Positions 9,202 to 20,033 of a stretch of 64,000 nucleotides of DNA are shown one piece after another. Source of the DNA: an uncultured bacterium. GTDB taxonomy: Bacteria > Desulfobacterota_D > UBA1144 > Nemesobacterales > UBA2774. Location: NCBI GenBank assembly GCA_963705505.1, contig CAVPJU010000010.1, positions 192,001 through 256,000 of the forward strand. Reading direction: 5' to 3'. Position 1 is the first letter of the stretch; every line of letters starts with the position of its first letter. The notes under the pieces were generated by a model. The model made no database searches and was not told the origin of the DNA. It saw only the letters and a program-made list of their open reading frames with translations. Made by a program: the position numbers and the translations under genes.

Positions 9202-10596
9202 ATGGTCAGGATACTTTCCTTCATAGTCATATTACTTTCCTTTTGCGGCTTTCCGATGAGCTACGCAGGGACGGATAACACAAATGCTTCCATCACTCCG
9301 GAAGTAGTCGTAATAGAAATAAACGGCACGATCAACCCCGCGACTCTCGATTATATACGTAAAGGCGTCGAAGAGTCGGAGCACAAATCGGCCGAGGCCC
9401 TGATAATACTCCTCGACACGCCCGGAGGGCTCCTGACCTCGACGAAAGAGATCGTAAAGCTCATACTCAACTCCCCCGTCCCGATCGTGGTATACGTCTC
9501 GCCCAAGGGAGCATCGGCTTCCTCGGCAGGCGTATTCATCACACTCTCGGCCAATATCGCGGCCATGGCTCCCGGCACGAGCATCGGAGCGGCCCACCCG
9601 GTCTCCATCTCACCCGGAAACGGAGAGCCCGGAAAGAAGGAACCCGGCGAAGATAAGGGAAAAGGAAACAGGGAAGATAAATCCTCCCCGCCCGGCAATA
9701 ACAAGTCCGATGAGGACGTAATGAGCGAAAAGCTGGAGAACTACGCTTCCTCATTCATGGAGAGCATAGCCGAGGAAAGGGGAAGGAACGTCAAGTGGGC
9801 GATCGAAGCCGTTAGAAAAAGTTCCTCCATCACATCCACGGAGGCCCTCAAATTACATGTCATAGACCTCATAGCGCCCGATCTCGAAGGACTGATAAAG
9901 GAAATAGACGGGAGAAAGGTAAAGCTGCCCGACGGCGAAAAAACTCTCAGCACGAACGGCGCCGAAATATCGAGAATCGGGATGAACGCCAAGCAGAAGC
10001 TCATCGATATTCTGAGCACCCCGGACATAGCCTTCCTCCTCATCTCGTTAGGCTCCCTCGGGCTGCTGCTCGAATTCTATAACCCGGGACTCATATTCCC
10101 CGGTGTCGCCGGGGCCGTGTGCCTGCTCATGGGATTCGTCTCCTTTCAGATTCTCCCGTTTAACTACGCGGGCATAGCGCTCCTCCTTCTCGGAATAGTG
10201 CTCTTCGTAGCGGAGGTCTACGTCACGAGCTACGGGGCGCTCACTTTAGGCGGGCTCATAAGCTTCGCGCTCGGGGCGCTCCTCCTCTTCGACACGCCGG
10301 AATCCGATCTACGGGTGGGGTTCGACGTCGTCATAGCGTCGACGCTCGCATTCGGGCTTTTTTTCGCTTACGTAATATTCTATTTGATAAAGGCTCAGAA
10401 GCTCACGCCCCGGATGGGGTTCGAAGGCTTCATAGGGAAGGAGGGCAGCGCCGTATCCGAAATACTGGCTGCGGGTAAGATATATATCGACGGGGAATAC
10501 TGGGACGCCGAGAGCGACGAGCCGATAGGGAAAGGGGACAGGATAAAAGTCGTAGAAGTGTTAAAGGGGTTTAAGCTCAAAGTCAAAAAGGTCTAA
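9202..10596 (+). CDS. nfeD: NfeD-family membrane-bound ClpP-class serine protease (long form)
   Basis: LDTPGG, ASSAG, AMAPGTSIGAAHPV motifs; TM region; C-terminal OB fold (GKIYIDGEYWDAES). Confidence 0.9.
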   Translation: MVRILSFIVILLSFCGFPMSYAGTDNTNASITPEVVVIEINGTINPATLDYIRKGVEESEHKSAEALIILLDTPGGLLTSTKEIVKLILNSPVPIVVYVSPKGASASSAGVFITLSANIAAMAPGTSIGAAHPVSISPGNGEPGKKEPGEDKGKGNREDKSSPPGNNKSDEDVMSEKLENYASSFMESIAEERGRNVKWAIEAVRKSSSITSTEALKLHVIDLIAPDLEGLIKEIDGRKVKLPDGEKTLSTNGAEISRIGMNAKQKLIDILSTPDIAFLLISLGSLGLLLEFYNPGLIFPGVAGAVCLLMGFVSFQILPFNYAGIALLLLGIVLFVAEVYVTSYGALTLGGLISFALGALLLFDTPESDLRVGFDVVIASTLAFGLFFAYVIFYLIKAQKLTPRMGFEGFIGKEGSAVSEILAAGKIYIDGEYWDAESDEPIGKGDRIKVVEVLKGFKLKVKKV

Positions 10597-10620
10597 GTTC
10601 ATGCTACCGAGGAGGTAAAT

Positions 10621-11382
10621 ATGTTTTCACCGCTTGTAATATTCATAGGAATTATAGTAATCCTCATACTTTCCGGAGTGAAAATCCTCAATGAATACGA
10701 GAGAGGGGTTGTATTCAGGCTCGGGAGGATAGTCGCCCCCAAGGGGCCGGGGTTCAACTGGATCATTCCCGTCGTGGACAAGATGATAAAGATAAGCCTC
10801 CGGGTGATCACTATGGACGTGCCCCCTCAGGACATAATCACGAAAGACAACGTGTCGGTCAAGGTTAACGCCGTCGTTTATTTCCGCGTGGTCGACCCGG
10901 TAAACGCCGTGATACAGGTCGAGAATTACCTCTACGCCACTTCCCAGCTCGCTCAGACTACGCTAAGGAGCATCCTGGGACAGGTCGAGCTCGACCAGCT
11001 CCTCGCCGAGAGGGAGACCCTCAATATCAAGCTCCAGGAGGTCCTCGACAAGCATACCGACCCCTGGGGCATCAAGGTTACCCTGGTCGAGGTAAAATAC
11101 GTCGACCTCCCGCAGGAGATGCAGCGCGCCATGGCGCGTCAGGCGGAAGCCGAAAGGGAAAGGAGGGCGAAGGTCATAGCGGCGGAAGGTGAATACCAGG
11201 CAGCTACAAAGCTCGCGGAGGCCTCCGATATACTCGGGAGGAGCCCGATGGCGCTTCAGCTGAGATACCTCCAGACGCTGGCCGAGATGGCGTCCGAAAA
11301 GAGCTCGACGATAGTTTTTCCGCTCCCGCTCGACCTGATAAGGCCGCTGCTCGGCGCAATCGACAAAATCGGAAAAGAATAA
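10621..11382 (+). CDS. SPFH/stomatin (band 7) protein
   Basis: [50 protein letters not shown]; usual neighbour of nfeD. Confidence 0.95.
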   Translation: MFSPLVIFIGIIVILILSGVKILNEYERGVVFRLGRIVAPKGPGFNWIIPVVDKMIKISLRVITMDVPPQDIITKDNVSVKVNAVVYFRVVDPVNAVIQVENYLYATSQLAQTTLRSILGQVELDQLLAERETLNIKLQEVLDKHTDPWGIKVTLVEVKYVDLPQEMQRAMARQAEAERERRAKVIAAEGEYQAATKLAEASDILGRSPMALQLRYLQTLAEMASEKSSTIVFPLPLDLIRPLLGAIDKIGKE

Positions 11383-11407
11383 ACCGCCAATCACAAGGGA
11401 GATATAG

Positions 11408-13070
11408 TTGAAACGACCATTCCTCTACGCGTTCCTGAGCACGGCTCTATTATTCATGTGTGTTTCATGCAAGTCCTCCGATAAAACGAATGAGAATGAG
11501 ACAACAAAGAGCGCGCCGGAAGAGTCTTCGGAAAAAGCCTCCTCCGGGCCCGTCGAGGGCGACTGGCTCATATACCACCTGGGCGCCGAGCCGGGCACCC
11601 TTAACCCCATAACGGCCACAGACGCGTACGAGGGGATCGTCAACGGCGGGAACGTCTATGAAACACTCATCAAAAGAGATAACGATACTCTCGAGCTCAA
11701 ACCCCTTCTGGCCGAGTCCTGGACAATATCCGAGGACAAGCTCACATACACGTTCAAGATAAAAAAGGGCGTGAAATGGCATGACGGCGTACCATTCACC
11801 GCGGCCGACATCGTGTTCTCCTATAAGACCATCATGGACCCGAAGGTCGATGCTCCCCAACTGCGGAGCTACTACCAGGAAATCAAAGACGTCAGGGCGA
11901 TAGACGATTATACGGTCCGGTTCACATACGCGAGGCCTTACTTCCTTGCGCTCGAATTCTGCGGCGGCATACCGATAGTCCCCAAGCACATATTCGAAAA
12001 CGGGGATTTCAATACCAACCCCGCAGGCCGAAAACCAGATCGGCACGGGTCCGTTCAAGTTCGTGAAATGGACGACCGGCAGCGAAATAGTGCTCGAGAA
12101 GAACAAGGACTACTGGGGTGAGAAGCCTCACCTGAATAAGATAATATTCAGGATAATCACGGACCCGTCTGTAGCGCTCCAGGTACTTAAACGCCAGGAG
12201 CTCGATGTAGCGAGCCTCACGCCCATACAGTGGGAGAGGCAGACTAGCTCACCCGATTTCGAGAAGCACTTCGATAAATTCAGCTACTACGCTCCCAACT
12301 ACAGCTACATCGGATGGAATTCGGCAAAGCCCTATTTCTCCGATAAGCGCGTGAGGAGGGCCATGACCTATCTCGTAAACAGGGACGTCATACTGGACAA
12401 AATAATGTTTGACCTCGGGGCCGTCGTAACGAACCCCTTTTACATCAACAGCCCCGAGTACGACAAGGACATCAAGCCCATACCTTATGACCCCGAGGAA
12501 GCCAAAAAGCTTCTCGATGAAGCCGGGTGGATAGACCACGACGGGGACGGCATAAGGGACAAGGGCGGCGTAAAATTCGCGTTCGAATTCCTCATCCCCA
12601 ACGAGTCCGAAACGGGCGAGAAGATAGCCACGATTCTGAAGGAAGAGCTCGACAAGGTGGGGATCGCCATGGATATACGGAAGACCGAATGGGCGGTCTT
12701 CACGATGAGGCTCAACGAGAGGAAGTTCGACGCCGTCACGCTCGCGTGGTCTATGGGGGTGGAGTCCGACCCCTATCAGATATGGAGCTCGACTCAGATA
12801 GAGAAAGGCTCGAACTTCGTCGGGTTTAAAAACGCGGAAGCCGACAAGCTCATAGAAGAGGCAAGGCAGGAATTCGACAAAAAGAAAAGGATAGAGCTAT
12901 ACAGGAAGTTCTCCCGGATAGTGAACGATGAGCAGCCCTATACGTTTTTATTCTGCCGCAAGGCGACTATCGCAGTGAACAAGAGGTTCGCTAACGTCAT
13001 TGTCCACCCTCTCGGAATAGACCCCGTCGAATGGTACGTCCCGCTGCCGCTACAGAAATACACCGAGTAG
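11408..13070 (+). CDS. Peptide ABC transporter substrate-binding lipoprotein (family 5); frameshifted near 12031-12038
   Basis: PLLAESWTISED and VKWHDG.PFTA.D in the first ORF; the conserved IGTGPFKF motif lies one base out of frame and joins ORF 12063-13070. Confidence 0.88.
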
Positions 13071-13229
13071 GAAGAGGGTGACGGAACCCCCGGGCGGCAG
13101 GTGTAATTCTTTGCAGGATTTATTCCCGAATCCCCGTATAATTTAAGCTGAACAGGGAAGGTGTGAATGATTTTTTCTTTTCGCTTATACTTTTCCCGAT
13201 AACCGCATATAATTCCCTTTGACCCGGAC

Positions 13230-14231
13230 ATGAGAGACTACATTATAAAGCGGCTCATACTCCTTATACCCACAATGCTGGGCATTACGATAATCACGTT
13301 CTTCATAATCCAGCTCGCCCCGGGAAACCCCGTCGAAAGGAAGCTCCAGCTGGACGAAGGCGTAAAGTCTCAAGCCATTACTCAGGAGATAGTCGAGGAG
13401 ACCAAGAGGCTCTACGGCCTCGACAAGCCCATATACGTCCGCTACCTGATATGGCTCAAGCAAATAGTCACGCTCGACTTCGGCCGCTCCTACAAGGACC
13501 ACCGGCCCGTCATCGACAAGATAGCCGAGAGGATTCCGATTACGCTCACTCTCAACATAATCTCGATCCTGCTCATATATATGATATCGATACCCGTCGG
13601 GGTGTATTCCGCGGTCAAGCACGGGAGCCCCCCCGAGATGGCAAGCACCTTCATCCTCTTCATCCTCTACTCGATTCCGAGCTTCTGGATGGCGATGATA
13701 CTTATATACTTTCTGGGAGGGGGAGAGTACTGGAACGTCTTCCCGGTTTACGGGATACTCTCGCCGGGCGCCGAGAATTATCCATTCTACGAGAAAGCGG
13801 TCAATTTCCTCTGGCACATAGTCCTTCCCGTTTTCTGCCTCACGTACGGGAGCCTCGCTTATCTCTCAAGGTTTCAGAAGGGGAGCCTGCTCGAGGTGCT
13901 TAAAGAGGATTTCGTGAGGACCGCCACGGCGAAAGGACTGCCCAGGTCGAAAGTCATCCTAAAGCACGCGCTCAGGAACGCATTAATACCCATTATCACC
14001 ATAGTAGCGGGCATCCTCCCAGCAATGATCGGCGGAAGCGTAATAATCGAGACCATATTCTCGATACCCGGCATAGGTCAGCTCGGGTTCGAGTCGGTGC
14101 TCTCACGCGATTACCCGATGATAATGGCCATTGCCACAATATCCGCGTTCCTCACGCTTATCGGGATCCTTATATCGGACCTCGTTTACGTGCTTGTCGA
14201 TCCCAGAATCAGCTTCGAGGGCAGAAGGTGA
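13230..14231 (+). CDS. Peptide ABC transporter permease (OppB/YejB-like)
   Basis: IIQLAPGNP; EAA-like region FVRTATAKGL..KHALRNA; IETIFSIPGIG. Confidence 0.92.
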   Translation: MRDYIIKRLILLIPTMLGITIITFFIIQLAPGNPVERKLQLDEGVKSQAITQEIVEETKRLYGLDKPIYVRYLIWLKQIVTLDFGRSYKDHRPVIDKIAERIPITLTLNIISILLIYMISIPVGVYSAVKHGSPPEMASTFILFILYSIPSFWMAMILIYFLGGGEYWNVFPVYGILSPGAENYPFYEKAVNFLWHIVLPVFCLTYGSLAYLSRFQKGSLLEVLKEDFVRTATAKGLPRSKVILKHALRNALIPIITIVAGILPAMIGGSVIIETIFSIPGIGQLGFESVLSRDYPMIMAIATISAFLTLIGILISDLVYVLVDPRISFEGRR

Positions 14232-15232
14232 CCGAGAAACATAGCATCGGCTACTGGGGGAGCGTCTGGAGGAAATTTAAGAAGGACAGGCTGGCATTCG
14301 GAGCCCTCGTTCTAATCCTGCTGCTATTATTCGTCGCGGTATTCGAGAGCTTTCTCGCGGGTAATAAGCCGATTGTCCTGAAATATGAGGGCCACTACTA
14401 TTTCCCCGTCGTCTTCCGTTACAGCGAGTTTTTCGGAACGGACTTCAAGGAGCTGGATACCAGGCTCAAACCCGGCGACTTCGCAATATTCCCCCCCGTC
14501 AGATACAGCCCGACGGAGAACAACCTCATGTCCATACTGGCGCCCCCTTCCCGGGAGCACTTCTTCGGGACAGACGACAGGGGCAGGGACGTGCTCGCCC
14601 GCATGATCTTCGGGGCGAGGATATCCCTATCCATAGGGTTCATAGCGGTCGGCATATCGGCCGCGATAGGGATAATACTCGGGGGCATCGCCGGTTATTA
14701 CGGAGGCACTACGGACTTCATAGTCTCCAGGCTCTTCGAGGTGATGATGACATTCCCCGTATTCTTCCTCATCCTCACCATACTGGCTTTCAGGGACCCG
14801 AGCATTTACAACATAATGATAGTGATAGGCGCCACGAGCTGGACGGGTGTGGCGAGGCTTATAAGGGGCGAGTTCTTAAAGTTAAGGAAGTTCGAGTACG
14901 TGGAGGCGGCGGTAGCCCTCGGAGGGAACGATTTCAGGGTAATGATGAAGCACATGCTCCCTAACGGCCTTGCGCCGGTGCTCGTGGATTCGACTTTCGG
15001 CATAGCGGGGGCGATACTGGTCGAATCCGGCCTCAGCTTCCTCGGGTTCGGAGTCCCGCCGCCCGACCCCAGCTGGGGGGACGTGCTCTCGCAGTCCCAG
15101 AAGTACGTCGATTTCGCGTGGTGGCTTGTCCTATTTCCAGGCGCGGCTATATTTCTTACCGTGACGGCTTTTAACCTGCTCGGGGAAGGTTTCAGGAACT
15201 CGATAGACCCTAAATTCATCGGCGGCGAATGA
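14228..15232 (+). CDS. Peptide ABC transporter permease (OppC/YejE-like)
   Basis: HFFGTDDRGRDVLAR, YVEAAVALG, LSFLGFG.PPPDPSWG; GTGA overlap with the upstream gene. Confidence 0.92.
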   Translation: MTEKHSIGYWGSVWRKFKKDRLAFGALVLILLLLFVAVFESFLAGNKPIVLKYEGHYYFPVVFRYSEFFGTDFKELDTRLKPGDFAIFPPVRYSPTENNLMSILAPPSREHFFGTDDRGRDVLARMIFGARISLSIGFIAVGISAAIGIILGGIAGYYGGTTDFIVSRLFEVMMTFPVFFLILTILAFRDPSIYNIMIVIGATSWTGVARLIRGEFLKLRKFEYVEAAVALGGNDFRVMMKHMLPNGLAPVLVDSTFGIAGAILVESGLSFLGFGVPPPDPSWGDVLSQSQKYVDFAWWLVLFPGAAIFLTVTAFNLLGEGFRNSIDPKFIGGE

Positions 15233-15269
15233 CGGTCATCCGGCAAACGGAGAGAATTGGAAGATAAAA

Positions 15270-16253
15270 GTGGATACTGCGCTCGAAATAAAAAACTTGA
15301 CGGTGTCGTTTTCGACCGAAGGTAGGAAGGTCGAGGTCGTAAGCGGCGTTTCGTTATCGATTCCCGAAGGAAAGATAGTCGGAGTCGTCGGAGAAAGCGG
15401 CTGCGGCAAGACCGTGACAGCCCTTTCGATAATGCGCCTCATACCCGAGCCCCCCGGTAAGATAGAGGGAGGAGAGATAATTTTCGACGGCGCCAACCTT
15501 CTTGACTACAGCGACAGAGACCTGCGCTCCGTCCGCGGAAACAGGATTTCGATGATCTTCCAGGAGCCCATAAGCTCACTCAACCCCGTCTTCAACATAG
15601 GGGAGCAGATAGGCGAAGCCATCAGGACCCACCTGAAAATATCGAAGAAAGAGGAGACGGAAAGGGTCATAGGGCTTTTAAAGCTGGTCGGTATCCCTGC
15701 CCCGGAGAGGAGGATAAAGAACTATCCCCACGAGCTCTCGGGGGGGATGTCCCAGAGGGTCATGATAGCGATGGCCCTTGCGTGCAGCCCGGAGGTGCTG
15801 ATAGCCGACGAGCCCACCACGGCGCTCGACGTCACGATACAGGCGGGGATACTCGAGCTCATCGACGACCTCAGGGTCAAAATGGGCATGGCTGTGCTGC
15901 TCATAACCCACGACCTCGGCATAATCGCGGAGGTGGCGGATACGGTCTATGTTATGTATGCGGGCAAGGTGGTGGAGCACGCCGCGACCGGGGACCTGTT
16001 CAAAGAGCCCAAACACCCTTATACGGTCGGGCTCCTCAACTCGATTCCCGACCTCCGCGGGAGTAAAGAGAGGCTGGACGCGATACCCGGCGTGGTGCCG
16101 AGCCCCGGCAGCTTCCCCCCCGGGTGCAGGTTCCAGGACCGCTGCCCCCTCGTTATAGAGAAATGCAGGAGGGAGGAGCCGCCGCTATCCGAGCATGCGC
16201 CAAACCACTACTCCGCGTGCTGGAGAGCGGACAAGGTGAGGATTAATAGCTGA
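15270..16253 (+). CDS. oppD: Oligopeptide ABC transporter ATPase (OppD-like)
   Basis: [30 protein letters not shown]; Cys-rich C-terminal oligo_HPY region. Confidence 0.9.
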   Translation: MDTALEIKNLTVSFSTEGRKVEVVSGVSLSIPEGKIVGVVGESGCGKTVTALSIMRLIPEPPGKIEGGEIIFDGANLLDYSDRDLRSVRGNRISMIFQEPISSLNPVFNIGEQIGEAIRTHLKISKKEETERVIGLLKLVGIPAPERRIKNYPHELSGGMSQRVMIAMALACSPEVLIADEPTTALDVTIQAGILELIDDLRVKMGMAVLLITHDLGIIAEVADTVYVMYAGKVVEHAATGDLFKEPKHPYTVGLLNSIPDLRGSKERLDAIPGVVPSPGSFPPGCRFQDRCPLVIEKCRREEPPLSEHAPNHYSACWRADKVRINS

Positions 16254-16254
16254 T

Positions 16255-17223
16255 ATGCCGCTAAAAGAGCTTGTCAGAATAGAAGGCATCAAAAAATACT
16301 TTCCGGTAACATCGGGCGTCTTTTCCAGGGTATCAAATTTCGTGAAGGCCGTAGACGGCGTCGATCTGACGGTCTCGGAAGGGGAGACCGTGGGGCTTGT
16401 CGGGGAGAGCGGGTGCGGTAAGACGACTCTCGGAAAAACGATCATCAAGCTCCTCGATCCCACGGACGGCGAAATATACTTCGAGGACAAAAAGATTACC
16501 AAGCTCAGCCCCTCCAGGATGCGCCCGTACAGAAAGAAAATGCAGATAGTTTTCCAGGACCCCTACGGATCGCTCAACCCGAGGATGAAGGTCGAGGACA
16601 TAGTATCGGAAGGGCTCATAATCCACGAGATCTCCTCCCCGAATGAAAGAAAGGGTATAGTCCGCGAGCTCCTCCGCACTGTCGGTCTCAGGGACGATGC
16701 GCTGCCGCGCTACCCTCACGAATTCAGCGGGGGACAGCGCCAGAGGATAGCCATTGCGCGCGCGCTCGCGCTCAACCCCGAGTTCATCGTATGCGACGAG
16801 CCCATATCCGCGCTCGACGTCTCCGTGCAGGCGCAGATCATAAACCTCTTCATAGAGCTCCAGGAAAAATTCGGGCTGACCTACCTCTTTATATCCCACG
16901 ACCTCCGCGTCGTGAAGCACATAAGCGACAGGGTGGCCGTAATGTATCTCGGAAAAATAGTGGAGTCCGCCGAGAGCGGGGAGCTCTACCGGAACCCCCT
17001 CCACCCTTACACACGCACTCTGATATCGTCGGTCCCAATCGCAGACCCCGAAAAGAAAAGGAAAATGACTGTTCTCAAGGGCGACGTGCCGAGTCCGATA
17101 AATCCTCCCTCCGGCTGCAGTTTCCATCCCCGCTGCCCGATCGCCGTAGAGAAGTGCAGCACTGTAGAGCCTGAGTTAAGGGATGCGGGAGGCGGACATC
17201 TCGTATCCTGCCACCTCGCCTGA
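16255..17223 (+). CDS. oppF: Oligopeptide ABC transporter ATPase (OppF-like)
   Basis: [42 protein letters not shown]. Confidence 0.9.
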   Translation: MPLKELVRIEGIKKYFPVTSGVFSRVSNFVKAVDGVDLTVSEGETVGLVGESGCGKTTLGKTIIKLLDPTDGEIYFEDKKITKLSPSRMRPYRKKMQIVFQDPYGSLNPRMKVEDIVSEGLIIHEISSPNERKGIVRELLRTVGLRDDALPRYPHEFSGGQRQRIAIARALALNPEFIVCDEPISALDVSVQAQIINLFIELQEKFGLTYLFISHDLRVVKHISDRVAVMYLGKIVESAESGELYRNPLHPYTRTLISSVPIADPEKKRKMTVLKGDVPSPINPPSGCSFHPRCPIAVEKCSTVEPELRDAGGGHLVSCHLA

Positions 17224-17314
17224 GTCTGACAACATCATACTTGCAAATAGCCCATCTTGTATTATTATTTAAAGCCGTTAATTTTATAACTGTTATTTGA
17301 CAAGAACCGGGGCG

Positions 17315-17827
17315 ATGAAAATCAGGGTATCGGATATAAGGGACGAGGGGCTCCCGATTCAAACGCATATGAGTCCCGAATGGCTCGATAACATACCTGA
17401 GCTTCGGTCGGGTAAAGAGAGTTCCAGGCTCATATCGGGTATCGATGTGGATTTGGTGCTCTCTAAATCGCTCAGGGAAGTAACAGTGATCGGGAACCTG
17501 AGCTTTTCGATAGAAGCGCCGTGCTCGAGGTGCCTCGAAAAGGTTAAGCTCGATATCAAGCCCGAGATAAGGCTGATGCTCTCACCGGCGGATAAGGTCA
17601 AGGACGTCGATGACGTCGACCACGAGACGTACAGAGGCGACGAGGTTGACTTGGACGATTACCTGAAGGGGCTCATCGCGGTTTCTTTACCCGTGAAGGT
17701 CGTCTGCAGCGAGGAGTGCAAGGGACTCTGCCCGAAGTGCGGAACGAACTTGAACAGGGAAACGTGTGAGTGCGAAAAGGAATGGGCAGACCCCAGGTTC
17801 GCGGTGCTCAAAAAACTAAAAATTTAA
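17315..17827 (+). CDS. yceD: YceD/DUF177 protein
   Basis: CSRCL and C...CKGLCPKCG.NLN...C.C...DPRFAVL motifs; usual position upstream of rpmF. Confidence 0.9.
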   Translation: MKIRVSDIRDEGLPIQTHMSPEWLDNIPELRSGKESSRLISGIDVDLVLSKSLREVTVIGNLSFSIEAPCSRCLEKVKLDIKPEIRLMLSPADKVKDVDDVDHETYRGDEVDLDDYLKGLIAVSLPVKVVCSEECKGLCPKCGTNLNRETCECEKEWADPRFAVLKKLKI

Positions 17828-17859
17828 GGATACAAGGATACTAAGAATACCAAGGATAC
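17826..17859 (+). repeat. Four short direct repeats, AAG(G/A)ATAC, between yceD and rpmF
   Basis: AAGGATAC AAGGATAC t AAGAATAC c AAGGATAC, read directly. Confidence 0.8.
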
Positions 17860-17875
17860 ATAGGGAGAATAAAAA

Positions 17876-18067
17876 ATGGGACTTCCGAAAAGAAAACATT
17901 CCAGATCCAGGTCCAGAAAGAACAGAACCCACTATACGGTAGAAAATCCCGGTCTTTCCGTCTGCAAGAACTGCGGCGAGCACAAGCCTCCGCACAGGGC
18001 ATGCCCCGGCTGCGGGTTCCATAAGGGAAAGACATATATAAAAGAGAAACAGGCAGAGCTTTCATAA
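17876..18067 (+). CDS. rpmF: 50S ribosomal protein L32 (zinc-binding form)
   Basis: PKRKHSRSR; CKNCG..KPPHRACPGCG. Confidence 0.97.
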   Translation: MGLPKRKHSRSRSRKNRTHYTVENPGLSVCKNCGEHKPPHRACPGCGFHKGKTYIKEKQAELS

Positions 18068-18101
18068 GGTATTCTCTCGACTTTTCAAGGGATCTCATTC
18101 A

Positions 18102-19034
18102 ATGATTGCTTTCGTATTCCCAGGTCAGGGTTCCCAGTATGTGGGAATGTGCAAAGAGCTTTATGGAGAGTTCGGCGCGGCAAGAAAAACCTTCGAGGAG
18201 GCGAGCGGTGTACTCGGCTTCGACATAGCGGAACTTTGCTTCGGCGGCGACCCCGGCGAGCTTTCTTTGACAGCGAACGCCCAGCCTGCGATACTCACGG
18301 CGAGCACAGCGGCCCTGAGGGTGTTAAGCGCGGAAACAGGCATCAAACCCGATTTCGTTGCCGGCCACAGTCTCGGCGAATACTCGGCACTCGTGGCGAA
18401 CGGCTCTATGGCTTTTAAAGACGCCGTTTTTGTGGTAAGAAAAAGGGGTGAATTCATGCAGGAAGCGGTCCCGGTCGGCGAGGGCGCGATGTCCGCTGTC
18501 CTGGGGCTCGACATCGGAGCCATTGAGGAGATATGCAGTATGGTATCGAAAGATTCCATGGTCGCAAGCCCCGCTAATATGAACGCGCCCGGTCAGATCG
18601 TGATATCCGGGAGCAAAGAGGCTGTAATGCGGGCCTCAGAGGAAGCCAGATCGAGAGGTGCTAAAAGAGTAGTCCCGCTCGACGTGAGCGCCCCCTTCCA
18701 CTGCATGCTTATGAAACCTGCGGCAGAAAGGCTTGCCGAGGTATTGAACGGCATCGAATTTACTGAAATGAACGTACCTATCGTTACTAACTGCAACGCA
18801 TCACTCAACAGCGATTCATCGAGGACGAGGGAGCTGCTTGTGAGGCAGGTTACCAGTCCCGTCAGATGGTATGAATCGGTCGAAGCCCTCGGGAGAGAAG
18901 GGGTCAGGACGTTCATAGAGATAGGTCCCAAAAATGTCCTCGCCGGATTGATAAAAAGGACGCTTCCGGATGTCTCGGTAAGAAATTTCGAAAATACTGC
19001 ACAACTGGAGTCACTCAAAAATGGCAGAATCTGA
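18102..19034 (+). CDS. fabD: Malonyl-CoA:ACP transacylase
   Basis: FPGQGSQ, GHSLGEYSAL, VSAPFH. Confidence 0.97.
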   Translation: MIAFVFPGQGSQYVGMCKELYGEFGAARKTFEEASGVLGFDIAELCFGGDPGELSLTANAQPAILTASTAALRVLSAETGIKPDFVAGHSLGEYSALVANGSMAFKDAVFVVRKRGEFMQEAVPVGEGAMSAVLGLDIGAIEEICSMVSKDSMVASPANMNAPGQIVISGSKEAVMRASEEARSRGAKRVVPLDVSAPFHCMLMKPAAERLAEVLNGIEFTEMNVPIVTNCNASLNSDSSRTRELLVRQVTSPVRWYESVEALGREGVRTFIEIGPKNVLAGLIKRTLPDVSVRNFENTAQLESLKNGRI

Positions 19035-19767
19035 GCAGAAGGTAGCGCTTGTCACCGGAGGTTCGAGAGGGATCGGAAAGGCGATCGCACTGAGGCTCGC
19101 GGCCGAAGGCGCTTTTGTAGTCGTCAATTATGCGAAAAACCAATCTGCGGCGGAGGATGTGGTTGCCGAGATAGAGAAATCCGGGGGGAAGGGCGCGGTC
19201 TCGGGATTCGACGTCTCCGATTACGACGCCGTGCAGAAAAAAATAGAAGAGATCATTGAAGAGCGCGGGGGGCTTCACATCCTCGTCAATAACGCGGGAG
19301 TAACCCACGACACGCTTCTTTTAAGGATGAATAAAGACGACTGGAACAAGGTCATCACCACCAACCTCAACGGGGTATTTAACTGCACTAAAGCCGTTAC
19401 GCGCACCATGATGAAGCAGAGGTGGGGAAGGGTAATAAACATAACCTCGGTCGTGGGCGAGATGGGCAACTCCGGGCAGACTAATTACGCCGCCTCAAAG
19501 GCCGGCATAATAGGATTCACCAAGGCCGCCGCGAGAGAGATGGCGCCCAGGTCGATAACCGTAAACGCGATCAGCCCCGGCTTCATACAGACCGACATTA
19601 CGAACCAGCTACCCGAAGATATAAAGAAACAGTACATCGAAAGGATACCGATGGGCAGGTTCGGTTCACCCGAAGACGTCGCGGGGGTCGTCGCCTTTCT
19701 GACCTCGGACGAGGCCTCTTATATCACGGGCGATGTGATAAGGGTAAACGGCGGAATATATACATAA
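19021..19767 (+). CDS. fabG: 3-oxoacyl-ACP reductase
   Basis: [19 protein letters not shown]; fab operon context. Confidence 0.96.
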   Translation: MAESEQKVALVTGGSRGIGKAIALRLAAEGAFVVVNYAKNQSAAEDVVAEIEKSGGKGAVSGFDVSDYDAVQKKIEEIIEERGGLHILVNNAGVTHDTLLLRMNKDDWNKVITTNLNGVFNCTKAVTRTMMKQRWGRVINITSVVGEMGNSGQTNYAASKAGIIGFTKAAAREMAPRSITVNAISPGFIQTDITNQLPEDIKKQYIERIPMGRFGSPEDVAGVVAFLTSDEASYITGDVIRVNGGIYT

Positions 19768-19787
19768 TAACAAAGGAGGTATTTAAC

Positions 19788-20033
19788 ATGGCTCAGGAAA
19801 AGGAAGTTCTCGCAAAAGTCAAAGAGATGGTAGCGAGTCAGTTGGGCAAAACGGAGGAGGAGATTTCCCCGGAGTCTTCGTTCATCGAAGACCTCGGAGC
19901 GGACTCACTCGACCTGGTCGAGCTTATCATGTCGATGGAGGACGAGTTCGGACTCGAAATCTCTGACGAAGACGCCGAATCCATCATAACCGTTCAGGAC
20001 GCGGTCACCTTTATACTGGAGCGTAAGAAATAA
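19788..20033 (+). CDS. acpP: Acyl carrier protein
   Basis: [12 protein letters not shown] phosphopantetheine site; AAGGAGG RBS. Confidence 0.98.
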   Translation: MAQEKEVLAKVKEMVASQLGKTEEEISPESSFIEDLGADSLDLVELIMSMEDEFGLEISDEDAESIITVQDAVTFILERKK

